A DNA stretch of 64,000 nt, taken from NCBI GenBank assembly GCA_051362555.1, contig CM120642.1, forward strand, positions 11,222,001 to 11,286,000. The letters are read 5' to 3'. This DNA is from Lingula anatina (taxonomy: Eukaryota; Animalia; Brachiopoda). Of this stretch, positions 62,081 to 64,000 are shown one piece after another. How positions within the stretch are numbered: the first letter of the stretch is position 1; each line of letters begins with the position of its first letter. The position numbers were made by a program, and so were the translations under genes. The notes below the pieces were generated by a model. That model had not been told where the DNA came from and made no database searches. It worked only from the letters and a program-made list of their open reading frames with translations.

Positions 62081-64000
62081 CGTAAAATCATCAGATTAAT
62101 CTGAGAAAAATAATGGATACCATTTACAAATGTGACAGGATCAATATTGGGATTTGAGTGTTTTCACATCTCTGTATAAGTGCATTGTTGATGAGTTTTC
62201 ACATTTTCACCTAGGGTCAAGATGTTGTTAAGGATTCCTGCTCTCCCATCTTCATCCTTAAGTGCCAATCATGTTGATTTTGCTGTACAGTTTCACATTG
62301 CCTCTTGGTCAGAAAGGTCTTTACCCAAGGTGCTTTTGATGTTACTATAACTAATACTACATTCCAATGCTTTAATTTTTTCAAAATTAATTACCTCAAA
62401 CTTTCAAATATAGTTATTTGTGGTACTTAAATCAGTAATAGTCAAGAACTATAAATTCTCGATGTACTTAATAATATTAACAAGCCAGCAAATGGGCAAC
62501 TACCTAGTACATGAATCTGTAGTTTAATATACTATATGTGAGTTTTCATTGAGAAAGAAAAGTAAATTTTTCCTACCCAACAATCATCGTTCTAAATTTG
62601 AAAAAGATCAGTAGCTTTACAAGATATTAAGACAAAAAATTGACTTAGGTTTTGGGAAACTTTCAGATGTGTCGAGTTAATCTCAACATTAACGAAAAAA
62701 GTATCTTCTCATAAAAAAAGGTCCTTATCATGCAGGTTGATTCAATGACATCCACACTGTAGAAAGATAAAGAAAATTATAATGTAAATCATCATTACTT
62801 TACTAGTATTTGGACTAGAGTCTGTTGGTTGAGCATAGCACGAAATTCATGCACTTTTATAGGTGTGTACAGCCAGTACATGTACATATCAAAGAGTTCT
62901 TAACCCAAAGGCAGAAGTTTCGTGCTTGGTCATGACTACATGAGAAGAGACATTAACATTGCCTCGGTGTTGAGCCTTGCTCAGATCTTTTTCAAATAGT
63001 AATATATACTTATCGCAAGTAAGTTCCTTTTCAATAAAACGAGCATTCGTTTTCTAGAAAAGCAATATTAGTTGCACTTACGGTGGCAGTTATAAGAGAT
63101 AGTGTGATGAACGGACGTCTGAGTAGCTTTTTTGCTACAATTCATAAATGGCGGGTTTCTAACAGCAGTCACCGGTTTACGGTAGTCGTAAACATAATGA
63201 CTCCGATGTTCGTCAAATGTTGGTGGTGCTTGTTACATAATTAAGCCGTCTAAGTGTCCATATGATGACATATTATTATGCGCGAAATACTTTTTCATGT
63301 AAACCATGTACCTGAAAGTTAATAAAAACTAGACCGCTTCCTCTCGCCGGCCGCTGGCCTACTCGACTCCCGTGATACAGCCGTAGACCTGGGAAGACAT
63401 ACCATCATGATTTATTATAATAACATATAACACCAGAGGCGGATTTATGATTTGGGGAAAGGGAGTCATAAAGTGATACTGTTTCATTATTTGGCAGTGG
63501 TTTTCACACAAAATTATTTAAATTTTGTTATAGATGATTGGTTACGTTTTATATAAAAAAATTACAACGTGCAGGTCTACGGGCGACTAGTAGATCACCT
63601 CAAAGACTCAAAATAAATTAATTGCTGAATTAACTGGGTAAATTAACCTAAAAGTCACAAAACTAGATTACTCTAGTACAGAACCTACCTTTGTTTAGCT
63701 TTAAATTTACAAGTTTACCATAACACAAATAAATAAATGAAATGAAATAATAAAATAAAATCAGTTTTAAAAGTATTTTAAAAAGAAATAAATGTTTATA
63801 TTATAGCATTGTTGGAATATTGCAAAAAAGACATCTTAAGTTTTGTATGAATGTGTTTATTTCCATTATGAAGCTTAAAGCAGGTCTTAAATTACTCATA
63901 GTATTTATATTTTAATATATAACAATATGCCATCATATGGACTCTAAGATTAGTTTTACAAATTCACATACATGACAGACAAATTTAAAAGCACTAACAT

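Overview
AT-rich, intron-rich invertebrate animal genomic DNA; the repeat families look lophotrochozoan- or ambulacrarian-like, but the taxon cannot be fixed from this window. Left to right: (1) a near-perfect 1557-bp tandem array (1-6708, continuing off the left edge), apparently inside an intron of a flavin monooxygenase gene. Each unit carries a 95-nt minus-strand Pol III-type RNA with vault-RNA-like boxes and panhandle fold, plus a decayed tRNA-like element. (2) The last four exons of an FMO. (3) A 16-exon SLIMP-type pseudo-seryl-tRNA synthetase (minus), head-to-head with (4) a ~2200-aa, mostly disordered AT-hook plus C-terminal bromodomain protein. (5) Syntaxin-6 (minus) with an AT-AC U12 intron. 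(6) A MYND finger plus transglutaminase-like-fold gene with one coding exon (minus), head-to-head with (7) U3 snoRNP IMP3, which has a GT-AG U12-type intron. (8) A BRME1/C19orf57-like meiotic gene (minus). Mobile DNA includes an L2-type LINE 3' end, a Kolobok-like TTAA element, Harbinger-like TTA MITEs, a Chapaev-like element nested in a MITE, and DINE-1/Helentron-like elements. All gene models were assembled by hand from splice signals and frame continuity. Family assignments rest on remembered motifs, not database searches.
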